Origin: a bacterium | GTDB taxonomy: Bacteria > Patescibacteriota > Saccharimonadia > Saccharimonadales > DATKHC01 | DNA length: 64,000 nucleotides | Direction of reading: 5' to 3' | Assembly (NCBI GenBank): GCA_021781215.1 | Contig: JAJXXC010000002.1 | Coordinates: forward strand, 83,371 to 147,370 | Shown: piece after piece, positions 41,296-49,873 of the stretch | Numbering within the stretch: the first letter of the stretch is position 1 | Layout: each line of letters opens with the position of its first letter | Notes under the pieces: generated by a model | The model's database searches: none | Told to the model about the DNA's origin: nothing | The model's input: only the letters and a program-made list of their open reading frames with translations | Position numbers and translations under genes: made by a program

Positions 41296-41328
41296 CAAAT
41301 TGAAACAAATTAATTTTGTAACAGCAGG

Positions 41329-41357
41329 TTGACAAGACATCAATCTTATGCTAATAT
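41329..41357 (+). promoter_or_regulatory. sigma70 promoter (leaderless)
   Basis: TTGACA-N17-TAATAT, extended TG, 6 nt before ATG 41364. Confidence 0.72.
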
Positions 41358-41363
41358 GTAGAC

Positions 41364-42410
41364 ATGGAACAATTCAATGCCTCTAACGAATGGGGCACTA
41401 AAAAACAAATATCAGCCCTAGAAAATCCAATCAGTGAGTTTAATGCTCGTGGTGGGATGGATCTGGATAAATACCGAGCGCTTGAAGAACATCTAGCAAC
41501 AGAACACCCAGATTTAGGCAAAGAACAATGGGCAAAAATTCAGAAACTATTACCAAAATTTGAATTAATGGAAGATTCTGAGACCGGTCAAAAAATACGT
41601 ATTCAAAGATTTAATTGGCCGGAAAACGGTGATGTTTCTGAGCAAATTGTTACTTTCTCCAATATGCCATTTAGCGTATCTTTGGATCCAAAACATATTC
41701 AATACCAACACTATTTGGTTGCTAAAGAATTAAATACACCCTTTTTAGTATTCGAAAACCCTGCATATGGTGATTCAGATAAACTTACCAAGGAACAAAA
41801 AGAAGCTCTAAAAAGTAGTGGAGACTTCAGTCCTGTTGCAAATACTATGCTTGGTATAGCAAGTGCGCTGGGTACTCATAAAGCTAATTTCATTGGTTAC
41901 TCAATGGGTGCTGAAACTTCAGCCGCAATGGCCGCCAATGCTTCCAGTCACAATATTGAAGTAGAAAATTTGTTTGTCATGGAAGGTCCTGGTGTTCAAC
42001 CCCGCGAATCCCGAAAAGAAAAAAAGGATTTAGGCAAGAATTTTATAGGAGACACCAATAATCTTAGGTTTACATGGGCAAACCCAGTCGATCCCGTTAT
42101 GCGTGAAATTGCTAAACTTGGAATGCCAATTCCACACGGACTTTTGAGTTATGGAATGGCAATGACAAAAGGAACCCAAGAAAATAGTCTTAGGAAAGCT
42201 CTTGAGACACAGCCTGGTATGCATTTAACTGTTGCCTCAGCTAGAGCTAGTAAGATTAGCCCCGCAAACACCAATAACGATTTATTCAATAGATTACGTT
42301 CAGATTATCCAGAACGTTCTATTAGAAGAATCATTATCCCGGGTGAAAGTCATGCGTATGGCGACTCGGGCGAGAGATATGCAAATCTCAGTAGGTTAGT
42401 TTTGCAATAA
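41364..42410 (+). CDS. alpha/beta hydrolase fold protein
   Basis: ENPAYGDSD, nucleophile elbow GYSMG, C-terminal GESH. Confidence 0.75.
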   Translation: MEQFNASNEWGTKKQISALENPISEFNARGGMDLDKYRALEEHLATEHPDLGKEQWAKIQKLLPKFELMEDSETGQKIRIQRFNWPENGDVSEQIVTFSNMPFSVSLDPKHIQYQHYLVAKELNTPFLVFENPAYGDSDKLTKEQKEALKSSGDFSPVANTMLGIASALGTHKANFIGYSMGAETSAAMAANASSHNIEVENLFVMEGPGVQPRESRKEKKDLGKNFIGDTNNLRFTWANPVDPVMREIAKLGMPIPHGLLSYGMAMTKGTQENSLRKALETQPGMHLTVASARASKISPANTNNDLFNRLRSDYPERSIRRIIIPGESHAYGDSGERYANLSRLVLQ

Positions 42411-42495
42411 ATTTATATTTTATGTGTAGCTGCATAAAGTTAATTTAAGTTATGCTTAGATGTTCATTGACATATTGTAGTATCTAGTATATTAT

Positions 42496-43308
42496 ATGTA
42501 CATGAAAAATGAGTTATTGGACCGGTCAGATACAAGGTTAGATTTTGATGCTGCACTGTGCATGAGTCAAATAATAAAACAAAAAGTTGACAGTAGGGCA
42601 GAATCTCAACAAATTTTGCAAGAAGCTAAGCAAGGAAATTTCTTTAAAACTTATCAAAAAAGAAGTCTTGCAAAGGGCTGGATAAGGTCCGCTGACGCAG
42701 ATATTGCATCAATGCAAAAAAAAGCAGAAGAAGAATACGAGGCTTATTCTAAAATAGATAGATCCAGTGAAGCCAAGAGCTTTATCGAATCCGTCACATC
42801 TAGGGCGCGAATGCTTGGTAATCAAGATATTGCGAGTGAACTTGAATATTTTCTTGCAATGAGTCCCCGGGAAAAAATACTACACGCGGAACCCTCTCTA
42901 CTTGCATCAGTTATAGAAACGATTTCTTTAAGTATTGCTAATACAAAGAAAAAACAGAAAGATGTTACGATAAAACTTTTCGAAGGTAAAGAAATTTACG
43001 GCTGGAATCCTTTGTCAGACATTATTGACGGTGAAAGTTATCATGAATCACGAGGTGTGGTAAAACCAGATACAGCAATAATTAGGGACGTTTATAGTCT
43101 TATAGGTTTTGATAACCGCCTTAGTGATATCCCAACTGATATGCCTGGTTTTCGTAGAGTGTTTCCAAGACTCAAACGAATATCGCCCCTATTATCTGTT
43201 GGTGGAGTTACACTAACATTTGATTTGTGGGGTCCAACAGAACATGGTGGTGAAGAATTACGGTACTACCCAGGTAATATAAACCTCACAATTAGTAGGT
43301 CACAATAA
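42496..43308 (+). CDS. hypothetical protein
   Basis: 270-aa ORF preceded by TTGACA-N17-TATTAT. Confidence 0.6.
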   Translation: MYMKNELLDRSDTRLDFDAALCMSQIIKQKVDSRAESQQILQEAKQGNFFKTYQKRSLAKGWIRSADADIASMQKKAEEEYEAYSKIDRSSEAKSFIESVTSRARMLGNQDIASELEYFLAMSPREKILHAEPSLLASVIETISLSIANTKKKQKDVTIKLFEGKEIYGWNPLSDIIDGESYHESRGVVKPDTAIIRDVYSLIGFDNRLSDIPTDMPGFRRVFPRLKRISPLLSVGGVTLTFDLWGPTEHGGEELRYYPGNINLTISRSQ

Positions 43309-43375
43309 GTTTGTTTTATTATGTTACCGATTCGAAAGTAATGTGCGCAGGGTGGCGTAAAGATACCTAGATCTA

Positions 43376-43404
43376 TGGTGCACCACACTGGCTGAGGTTA
43401 TAAC
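43376..43404 (+). repeat. tRNA-Arg junction repeat copy 4
   Basis: TGGTGCACCACACTGGCTGAGGTTATAAC; ATGGTGCACC (43375-43384) identical to 44784-44793. Confidence 0.8.
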
Positions 43405-43466
43405 TATTTTGATGAGAGTGATTCGAATATTCTATAGCATCCGTAGTAAGAAAATAAGCTGATCAT

Positions 43467-44768
43467 GTGTTATATACTGTGATAAGTATCATTAATCCTC
43501 AAGCCTTAAATATTAAGATTATCAAAACCAAAAAAGTACAAACAAAACGTAAAAACTCCTTAAATAAATTATCGTTATTAATATTAGACTTCGTTTTTGT
43601 TCTTATTTTAAGTAATCCTGCATATGCAATGGCTAATGTTCAAAACACTTACACAAACATATATATGCCGGCTAGTAATCTTACGGATGTTTCGCATGAA
43701 GTAACTATTAACAATGTCCCCAACCTTGGTTCCGCTGACTTTTTTTGGTCAGATAACTTGTATTTTAATGGTGCGCCTAGCAATGGTACCGCCTATTTTG
43801 GCATTCAGGGTATCAACAGAGCTTTATTTTCTGTTTTTGACTACCCTAGTACTGAGGCATCCTCAAACTGTACGGTTCAGCAATCTGGTTTCGACGGCGG
43901 TGTCTACGCTTACGGTGGAACATCGTGCATAATTAACTACACAATAACGCAAGGACATACCTATTTACTCACCGTAACGGATGTGGGTCGAGATTCACAA
44001 GGGATAAACTGGCAGGCTAGTGTAGAGGATTTAACTACTGGTATAACTACTAACATTGCGACCGTCAATATTGCCACAAGCTGGGGAACGCTAACCAGTA
44101 CCCAAGATGCATGGACTGAATGGTTTGGACCGGTTCCAGCTAGTTGCTCAGCATTGCCTTATTCAAACGTCACATTTTCAAATTTTACTGCCAATAACGA
44201 TCAATATAGTACTCCAAGCTCTCACATCGACACACTTCAAACAGGAACAGGTTGTAGTGGTTATTCGCAAATAGTTGACACTAGTAATAATTCTTTTAAC
44301 CAAATAATGGGTATCAACCCACCGATAACCAATACAATCGTGCCATACAGTCCTCCTGTTACGCCTCCACCAATCACGACAACTACTATACCAACTAGTA
44401 CTGGTACACTGGATCCGACCAAATCAATCTCTAAATCTTCGACAACAACCAGCAATATAAAGACATCTAGTATGGTAAAGAAACCGAATAGGAATTTAAA
44501 TAAATCCTATATCGTTGGTGGCATTATCTTAATTATTATAATTTTAGGTAGTGTTTTGATTGCTAGGTTTATTCTACGGAAGAAAAAATTAGCACTACTG
44601 TCGAATTATTATGATTTACGTTCTTCTCCAAAAAAATTTGTTCCAGACAATTCAGTAGAATCAAAACCAACCATAGAAAATAACTCCACGAGTAGTACTA
44701 CACCCGTATCCTTGCAACCAATTATCGCAAATCCGATAAATGAAACATTAGAACCGCCAAAAGATTAA
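43467..44768 (+). CDS. surface protein with beta-rich (DUF3472-like) domain, P/T stalk and C-terminal TM (start uncertain)
   Basis: Signal-like segment ending PAYA; YFGIQG, ALFSVFD, WQASVED, WTEWFG; P/T-rich linker; TM followed by RKKK. Confidence 0.7.
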   Translation: MLYTVISIINPQALNIKIIKTKKVQTKRKNSLNKLSLLILDFVFVLILSNPAYAMANVQNTYTNIYMPASNLTDVSHEVTINNVPNLGSADFFWSDNLYFNGAPSNGTAYFGIQGINRALFSVFDYPSTEASSNCTVQQSGFDGGVYAYGGTSCIINYTITQGHTYLLTVTDVGRDSQGINWQASVEDLTTGITTNIATVNIATSWGTLTSTQDAWTEWFGPVPASCSALPYSNVTFSNFTANNDQYSTPSSHIDTLQTGTGCSGYSQIVDTSNNSFNQIMGINPPITNTIVPYSPPVTPPPITTTTIPTSTGTLDPTKSISKSSTTTSNIKTSSMVKKPNRNLNKSYIVGGIILIIIILGSVLIARFILRKKKLALLSNYYDLRSSPKKFVPDNSVESKPTIENNSTSSTTPVSLQPIIANPINETLEPPKD

Positions 44769-44784
44769 ACAAGCACAAGCGTCA

Positions 44785-44861
44785 TGGTGCACCCGGCAGG
44801 ATTCGAACCTGCGACCTTCGGCTCCGCAAGCCAACGTTCTATCCAGCTAAACTACGGGTGC
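44785..44861 (-). tRNA. tRNA-Arg(GCG)
   Basis: Reverse complement GCACCCGTAGTTTAGCTGGATAGAACGTTGGC-TT-GCG-GA-GCCGAAGGTCGCAGGTTCGAATCCTGCCGGGTGCACCA. Confidence 0.95.
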
Positions 44862-44912
44862 AATGTTTAGACTAGAGAAATTTTAACAGGTTGCGGATAG
44901 TTTTGCGAATAC

Positions 44913-45446
44913 TTATAGCCCAATTTTTTTCATAAATATGTCTATTGGATCATGGGAAACTGGTTCCATGGGTAGAAATTCGCTCAATAAGGAGATTATC
45001 CGATTCCTGTCTTGGGGTTCAAAATAAATTGTTTTATTTGGAATCAGACGCTTAACTGATGTTAGCGCGATATGGTCTAGCCCATCTTCCGACACTATGG
45101 TATATGATTTAAATTCAGAGAAGGGGTAGTCTACGCTGTTAATAACAATGCCCTTAGTGTCTAATGTATAGTGTACTTCTCGTGGCTTTCGGGTAGCCAT
45201 ATAACAAAGCGCAAGACCCAGTATAAAAACAGCGGTTGTTGAAAAAATACTTTTAGTAAATAAGTATACTAGAAAACTTATGACCACTATTGACACAAAA
45301 AAAAGTAGATACCAGTTAATATTTTTAGAATTGTCGATAAATTCTGAGGCTGTCCAGGCTATGGAATCATTATTTTTTTTAGGAAATTGCCCAGCTAAAG
45401 CAGGGTCATTTTCTGGTGTAAAATGATTTTGTTCATCCATAAGCAT
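44913..45446 (-). CDS. conserved membrane protein (two TM plus PH-like tail)
   Basis: IAWTASEF...W, two TMs, YTLDTKGIVI...YPFSEFKSY. Confidence 0.7.
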   Translation of the reverse strand: MLMDEQNHFTPENDPALAGQFPKKNNDSIAWTASEFIDNSKNINWYLLFFVSIVVISFLVYLFTKSIFSTTAVFILGLALCYMATRKPREVHYTLDTKGIVINSVDYPFSEFKSYTIVSEDGLDHIALTSVKRLIPNKTIYFEPQDRNRIISLLSEFLPMEPVSHDPIDIFMKKIGL

Positions 45447-45544
45447 ATTGTACTTTAAGTTACACTAATGAACATAATTTTTTAAAATATACGATTATGA
45501 TATCGCGGAATAGAATATATTTTGATATAATTACAACCTGTTAT

Positions 45545-45637
45545 GGAGAGGTACCCAAGTGGTTGAAGGGGGCAGTTTGCTAAATTGCTAGGGGGAGGAA
45601 ACTCCCCGCGAGGGTTCGAATCCCTCCCTCTCCGCCA
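45545..45637 (+). tRNA. tRNA-Ser(GCT)
   Basis: GGAGAGGTACCCAAGTGG...GCAGT-TT-GCT-AA-ATTGC, long variable arm, GTTCGAATC, CCA. Confidence 0.95.
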
Positions 45638-45714
45638 TAACTTATTAGCTATGCCCCATCCCGTAGGTCATCTCGGCGGTAGTATCTGTCGCCATACATG
45701 ATATCGTAGAGATA

Positions 45715-46101
45715 ATGATTTCTACCCAAAGAAAAGGCGACATTGCAAAAGCAAAAGCTATTAGCACCTTTACATCTTATGGTTTTGACGTATCCTTACC
45801 AATTACAGAGTCCGCAGCATATGACATTATCGTTGACGTGAATAACGTTCTGTACAGGGTTCAGGTAAAGTATTCGTCAAAAAAAGAAGTCGATCTTAGA
45901 AGAATTCATTCTAATTCAAAAGGTTATGTGATTAAAAAATATGAAGAAGCGTCTTACGACTGGCTATATGTATTCAGATTGGATGGAAAAGAATTTCTAA
46001 TAACAGATGTGCGTCATAATCAAAGCACAATAACCCCGCAGAATAAACATTCTATTGATTCTTATTTTAAGGAGAGGTGCCCGAGTGGTTTAAGGGAATA
46101 G
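45715..46101 (+). CDS. group I intron-associated-type PD-(D/E)XK endonuclease (I-Ssp6803I-like), free-standing
   Basis: QRKGDIA, VSLP, YDIIVD...RVQVK, Y...YDWL; last ~10 codons overlap tRNA-Ser(TGA). Confidence 0.8.
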   Translation: MISTQRKGDIAKAKAISTFTSYGFDVSLPITESAAYDIIVDVNNVLYRVQVKYSSKKEVDLRRIHSNSKGYVIKKYEEASYDWLYVFRLDGKEFLITDVRHNQSTITPQNKHSIDSYFKERCPSGLRE

Positions 46102-46160
46102 TCTTGAAAACTATCATATCTGAAACGGTATCGTGGGTTCGAATCCCACCCTCTCCGCCA
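46071..46160 (+). tRNA. tRNA-Ser(TGA)
   Basis: GGAGAGGTGCCCGAGTGG...ATAGT-CT-TGA-AA-ACTAT...GTTCGAATCCCACCCTCTCCGCCA. Confidence 0.95.
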
Positions 46161-46172
46161 AAATTTAAAAAA

Positions 46173-47417
46173 CTATATAAACGAGAACAAAAGATAGAAA
46201 TTGAAAACTCCTGAGCCTAGAAGCAAAAATCTCATTCCTCGGGACAATGAATTGTGATTTTTTCGATAGACTATCATGAACAATAGAAATAGTCCCGGTA
46301 GAAAATCAAGAGAATAGCGATAACCCAGCTGGTCCCTACCTATTCCATAAAAGCTTAGAACCGCCAAACAACTGACCAGGGTTGCAATTATTAAGTTTCT
46401 TGCACGCCTATCGTATGATGACCATTTTTGGCTAAATAAATATATTAAGTATGGCGAGGTAATAAACATGCTAATTCCATATGGGTTTTCTTTAATGTAA
46501 GGGAATTTTAGCATCCATGAACTACTATTTTTAAGCACTACTTGTGGCGCGCTTAAGAATGCTGCGAAGAAATTGGTAGGAATATGTACTAGACTAAATA
46601 CCCCATATGAACGCGCTACCTCAGAGCTTGGGTATAGTAATTGGTAGCCATAGCCCCCATTAAATGGGCTATGGAAACGACTGAAATTATATAGTCCAAT
46701 CAAGACAGTCGCCAATCCGACAGGGAGCCCTAACTTGATAAATTGCTCAATCTTTTTAAACACTGTTTTAAAACTCCTGGTTTGCCACAATTCTAACCCG
46801 TAAAAAATTAATATCGGTGCCGCTGTTCCGCGAGTCAAAAGAATTAAGCCACAAATTATTCCAATTAACCACCAACGTTTTTTATAATAAAATTCATATA
46901 GACTCCAAAATAACAAAAAAGTGGTTAATACTTGAGCAAATAACCAACTACTAGACACCGACGCTACACCTATAAATACGCTGCCTAATGTAAAACCAAG
47001 CGCCAAGATTACGCTATCTTCCTTAGAATATAATAAGACTCTGGCTAACTTAAATAAAAAGAATAGTACTCCTAGTAATAAAGCCCATTTTATATAGCCC
47101 TGATAAAAAAATAAGTGAAAAACATTAAATAAAGCTACGAACGGCATTAATAGAACTGCCGGCAGGGGACCTTCTCCCCAAAAAATTTTTCCATGATAAA
47201 GTATGGGATCCTCTCCGGGACCGCCTATAGATGAAAGAAAATTAAGTTGTCCGTGCAAAAAAGCTTTAGCCAGCTCTGAAAATTGCTGGCCTCCCTCATA
47301 GGCAAAACCAGTTGAAAATAGAAACAATAAGATTGTAGCTGGGACAGTAAGTATAATAATCTGTCTAAACGGGAATTTTCTCGTAGTTTCTAATAAATAT
47401 TCGATAAGTCTTCTCAT
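46173..47417 (-). CDS. polytopic membrane protein, GT-C glycosyltransferase-like
   Basis: About 11 TMs, LAKAFLHGQL, GPLPAVLLMP, YNFSRFHSPF, GYRYSLDF. Confidence 0.6.
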   Translation of the reverse strand: MRRLIEYLLETTRKFPFRQIIILTVPATILLFLFSTGFAYEGGQQFSELAKAFLHGQLNFLSSIGGPGEDPILYHGKIFWGEGPLPAVLLMPFVALFNVFHLFFYQGYIKWALLLGVLFFLFKLARVLLYSKEDSVILALGFTLGSVFIGVASVSSSWLFAQVLTTFLLFWSLYEFYYKKRWWLIGIICGLILLTRGTAAPILIFYGLELWQTRSFKTVFKKIEQFIKLGLPVGLATVLIGLYNFSRFHSPFNGGYGYQLLYPSSEVARSYGVFSLVHIPTNFFAAFLSAPQVVLKNSSSWMLKFPYIKENPYGISMFITSPYLIYLFSQKWSSYDRRARNLIIATLVSCLAVLSFYGIGRDQLGYRYSLDFLPGLFLLFMIVYRKNHNSLSRGMRFLLLGSGVFNFYLLFSFI

Positions 47418-47655
47418 TTAACTTAATTATATTTTAAAAAGTTAAATAGTAATAAGAATTCTTTAATACATATTTTTTACCCAATTAAGTCGTTTTAGCC
47501 ATGAGAAGGATTTATTTTATTGAAATGAATACATTTTATGTTGTATTTACTGATAAGTTCTTGCTTGAATAGTTTTTAATAGGTTATAATTCGATTAAAC
47601 AAAAATCTCTAACATAATTGATAACCATAAAGACGCTAATCGGAGGGTAACAAAG

Positions 47656-48132
47656 ATGGCACGTAAACCAAGTGACGATTTGCTTATGGACGACGACGAA
47701 TTAACCGCTGCCTTTTTAGGTGACGATGATTTAAATCAACCACAAGTTGGTCAAAACGGCTCAGCCGTAATAACAGAAGAATGGGAAGAAGAGGATGAAA
47801 CAATTGTTCCCGGACAACTAGCAATTGACGTTTTTGAAACCAAAGAAAAACTAGTAGTTAAAGCTAGGACTGCTGGAGTTAATAAAAACGATCTAGATAT
47901 CAGTATAGCCGACAATTCTCTAACTATTCGCGGAACCCTTTCAGCCGGTAACGAAGAAGATGTGGTAAACTACTTTGTCCAAGAATGTTATTGGGGAGAA
48001 TTTTCTAGAAGCCTAGCATTGCCAGTACCAGTTAAAGAAGATGGCATTGAAGCAGTTTTAAAGGATGGTGTTTTGACTGTTAGCTTTGTAAAAGTAAAGC
48101 AAGAAACTGTCAAAAAGATTACAGTTCTTTAA
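47656..48132 (+). CDS. Hsp20/alpha-crystallin family protein
   Basis: GQLAIDVFET, ECYWGEFSRSLALP, AVLKDGVLTV; SD GGAGG. Confidence 0.92.
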   Translation: MARKPSDDLLMDDDELTAAFLGDDDLNQPQVGQNGSAVITEEWEEEDETIVPGQLAIDVFETKEKLVVKARTAGVNKNDLDISIADNSLTIRGTLSAGNEEDVVNYFVQECYWGEFSRSLALPVPVKEDGIEAVLKDGVLTVSFVKVKQETVKKITVL

Positions 48133-48148
48133 TAAACAAAAATCTTAC

Positions 48149-48195
48149 TAAATAAAAAATAGGTAGCTATTAAAAAACTACCTATTTTTTATTTA
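48149..48195. terminator. bidirectional intrinsic terminator
   Basis: Perfect 18-bp inverted repeat TAAATAAAAAATAGGTAG / CTACCTATTTTTTATTTA between the convergent hsp20 and pilin genes. Confidence 0.85.
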
Positions 48196-48211
48196 AGAAT
48201 TTGGCTAGTTA

Positions 48212-48628
48212 TTAAAGGTGAGACGCCTTATTAAGTACAAACTTAACAATAATTTGTGCCAAAGCAACTACAATCAATCCAACTATAGCAAAAAGAATAG
48301 TATCTTTTGCGCTTGAGGTCTTTTCTGAGCTACCACCTGAAGTGATATATTTTACTCCACCAATAATAATCATAATGACGGCAATTATTCCTACTATTGC
48401 AGAGAACAAGTTAAGTACTAATGCTATTGTGTTATCGACAGTATTACCAGCAGCGCTGCCACATGTCGAACTACCGCTTGATGATGTTATGCTTCCAATA
48501 TTTCCCGTAGCACCACTACAAAGCGCGCCTGTATCCGCAGCATTCGCGATAGCCGGTGACGCAAGTGGCAAGCCGAGAGCTACAACTAACATAACTCCTA
48601 TTAATATTGATTTAAATCTACTAATCAT
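48212..48628 (-). CDS. TrbC/VirB2-like T4SS pilin
   Basis: Signal peptide, Cys pair, GIIAVIMIIIGGVKYITSGG...AKDTILFAIVGL. Confidence 0.85.
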   Translation of the reverse strand: MISRFKSILIGVMLVVALGLPLASPAIANAADTGALCSGATGNIGSITSSSGSSTCGSAAGNTVDNTIALVLNLFSAIVGIIAVIMIIIGGVKYITSGGSSEKTSSAKDTILFAIVGLIVVALAQIIVKFVLNKASHL

Positions 48629-48691
48629 TTTAAATTTATTTACCTTTCTTGTTTCTTATTTAATTACATAATACATAAAAAATGTTTTTAA

Positions 48692-49090
48692 TTAAAGCTT
48701 TTGTGCTTTGTGAATAACAAATTGAACTATTATTTGGGCTATGGCAACAATAACCAGACCGATGATAGCATATAGTATAGTATTCTTTGCCTCATTTGTT
48801 CTTTCTGAATTACCATTGGAAGTGATATATTTTACTCCACCAATAATAATCATAATGACGGCAACAATGCCAACAATTGCAGAGAATATATTTAAGACAA
48901 GCCCCAGGGTGCCATTGAGAGATTGCCCGGATGCTTTTAATGAGTTACAGCCACCATTACTTATCACAGAAACACCTTTGCAGGCTTCGGACTGAGACGT
49001 CGTGTTGGACGCATAGGCAACAATCGGTAGGGCAAGGATCATTGAAAATCCGATAATTGGTATTATAAGTGGCTTAAAAATGTTTCTCAT
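48692..49090 (-). CDS. TrbC/VirB2-like T4SS pilin
   Basis: GIVAVIMIIIGGVKYITSNG...AKNTILYAIIGL. Confidence 0.85.
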   Translation of the reverse strand: MRNIFKPLIIPIIGFSMILALPIVAYASNTTSQSEACKGVSVISNGGCNSLKASGQSLNGTLGLVLNIFSAIVGIVAVIMIIIGGVKYITSNGNSERTNEAKNTILYAIIGLVIVAIAQIIVQFVIHKAQKL

Positions 49091-49497
49091 GACACCCTGC
49101 TAATTATAAATCCAATTATTATTCTAGCTAGTGCTATAACTATTAATCCAACCGAGGCGTAGATAATAGTATTTCGTGCACTAGAGATTTTTTCTGGCTT
49201 ACCGCTCGAAGTTATCATCTGAAGACCTGCAACTATAATCATGATAACAGCTACGAAGCCAGCAATTGCAGTAATGATATTAATAACATCATTTAAAACA
49301 CCATTTGTACCAATAATTGGATTAGTGGTTTGAGTATCCTTACAAAATGCAGAACTACTAACGTTACTGCCGGCGGTTGCACCACCACTACAAATTGGCG
49401 ACAAAGCATTAACCCGACCAGCGCCAAGGGTTAAAAAAATACCTACTACAACCACAGAGATTATTAACGATCTAATTGTCATATATTTTATTTTCAT
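49087..49497 (-). CDS. TrbC/VirB2-like T4SS pilin
   Basis: AVIMIIVAGLQMITSSG...ARNTIIYASVGL. Confidence 0.85.
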   Translation of the reverse strand: MKIKYMTIRSLIISVVVVGIFLTLGAGRVNALSPICSGGATAGSNVSSSAFCKDTQTTNPIIGTNGVLNDVINIITAIAGFVAVIMIIVAGLQMITSSGKPEKISSARNTIIYASVGLIVIALARIIIGFIISRVS

Positions 49498-49871
49498 TAA
49501 ATGTACCCTGCCACAAAACTAACAATTGTTACCGCAAATACGCAAACGATAAGGCCTATGGCTGCATAGAGAATAGTGTCTTTAGCTTTGGCGACCTCTT
49601 CTGGCTTGCCACTCGATGTAATAAATTTAAACCCAGCTAGTACTATAATCAGTACAGATACTGCGCCGACTACACTAAAGACAATATTTAATATTATGGC
49701 TATGGTGCTGTGATTAGCACAAACCTGAGGCAAGCTACTATAGTCTATACCAGAGGTTCCCGTGCTTTGAGTAGAACAAACGGAGCTTGCGGCATATACG
49801 CTACCGCCAATAATCAACTGAGTAAAGGTTAGTACGCCTAGGGCAACTATTGCAAGTTTAGAAATCTTCAT
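49497..49871 (-). CDS. TrbC/VirB2-like T4SS pilin
   Basis: SVLIIVLAGFKFITSSG...AKDTILYAAIGL. Confidence 0.85.
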   Translation of the reverse strand: MKISKLAIVALGVLTFTQLIIGGSVYAASSVCSTQSTGTSGIDYSSLPQVCANHSTIAIILNIVFSVVGAVSVLIIVLAGFKFITSSGKPEEVAKAKDTILYAAIGLIVCVFAVTIVSFVAGYI

Positions 49872-49873
49872 AT

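Noticed and set aside
42425..42455. Possible further decayed junction repeat between the hydrolase and the next ORF
   Set aside because: Only TGCATAA and scattered matches in AT-rich DNA; too weak to list as a feature.
39963..43404. Junction repeats as a CRISPR array or integron attC sites
   Set aside because: Spacing is 0.6-2.1 kb with whole genes between copies. There is no attC-type RYYYAAC...GTTRRRY hairpin, genes lie in both orientations, and no cas or intI gene is present.
45638..46070. Group I intron hosting the endonuclease
   Set aside because: Both tRNAs are complete and only ~77 bp of noncoding sequence is available, too short for a ribozyme core.
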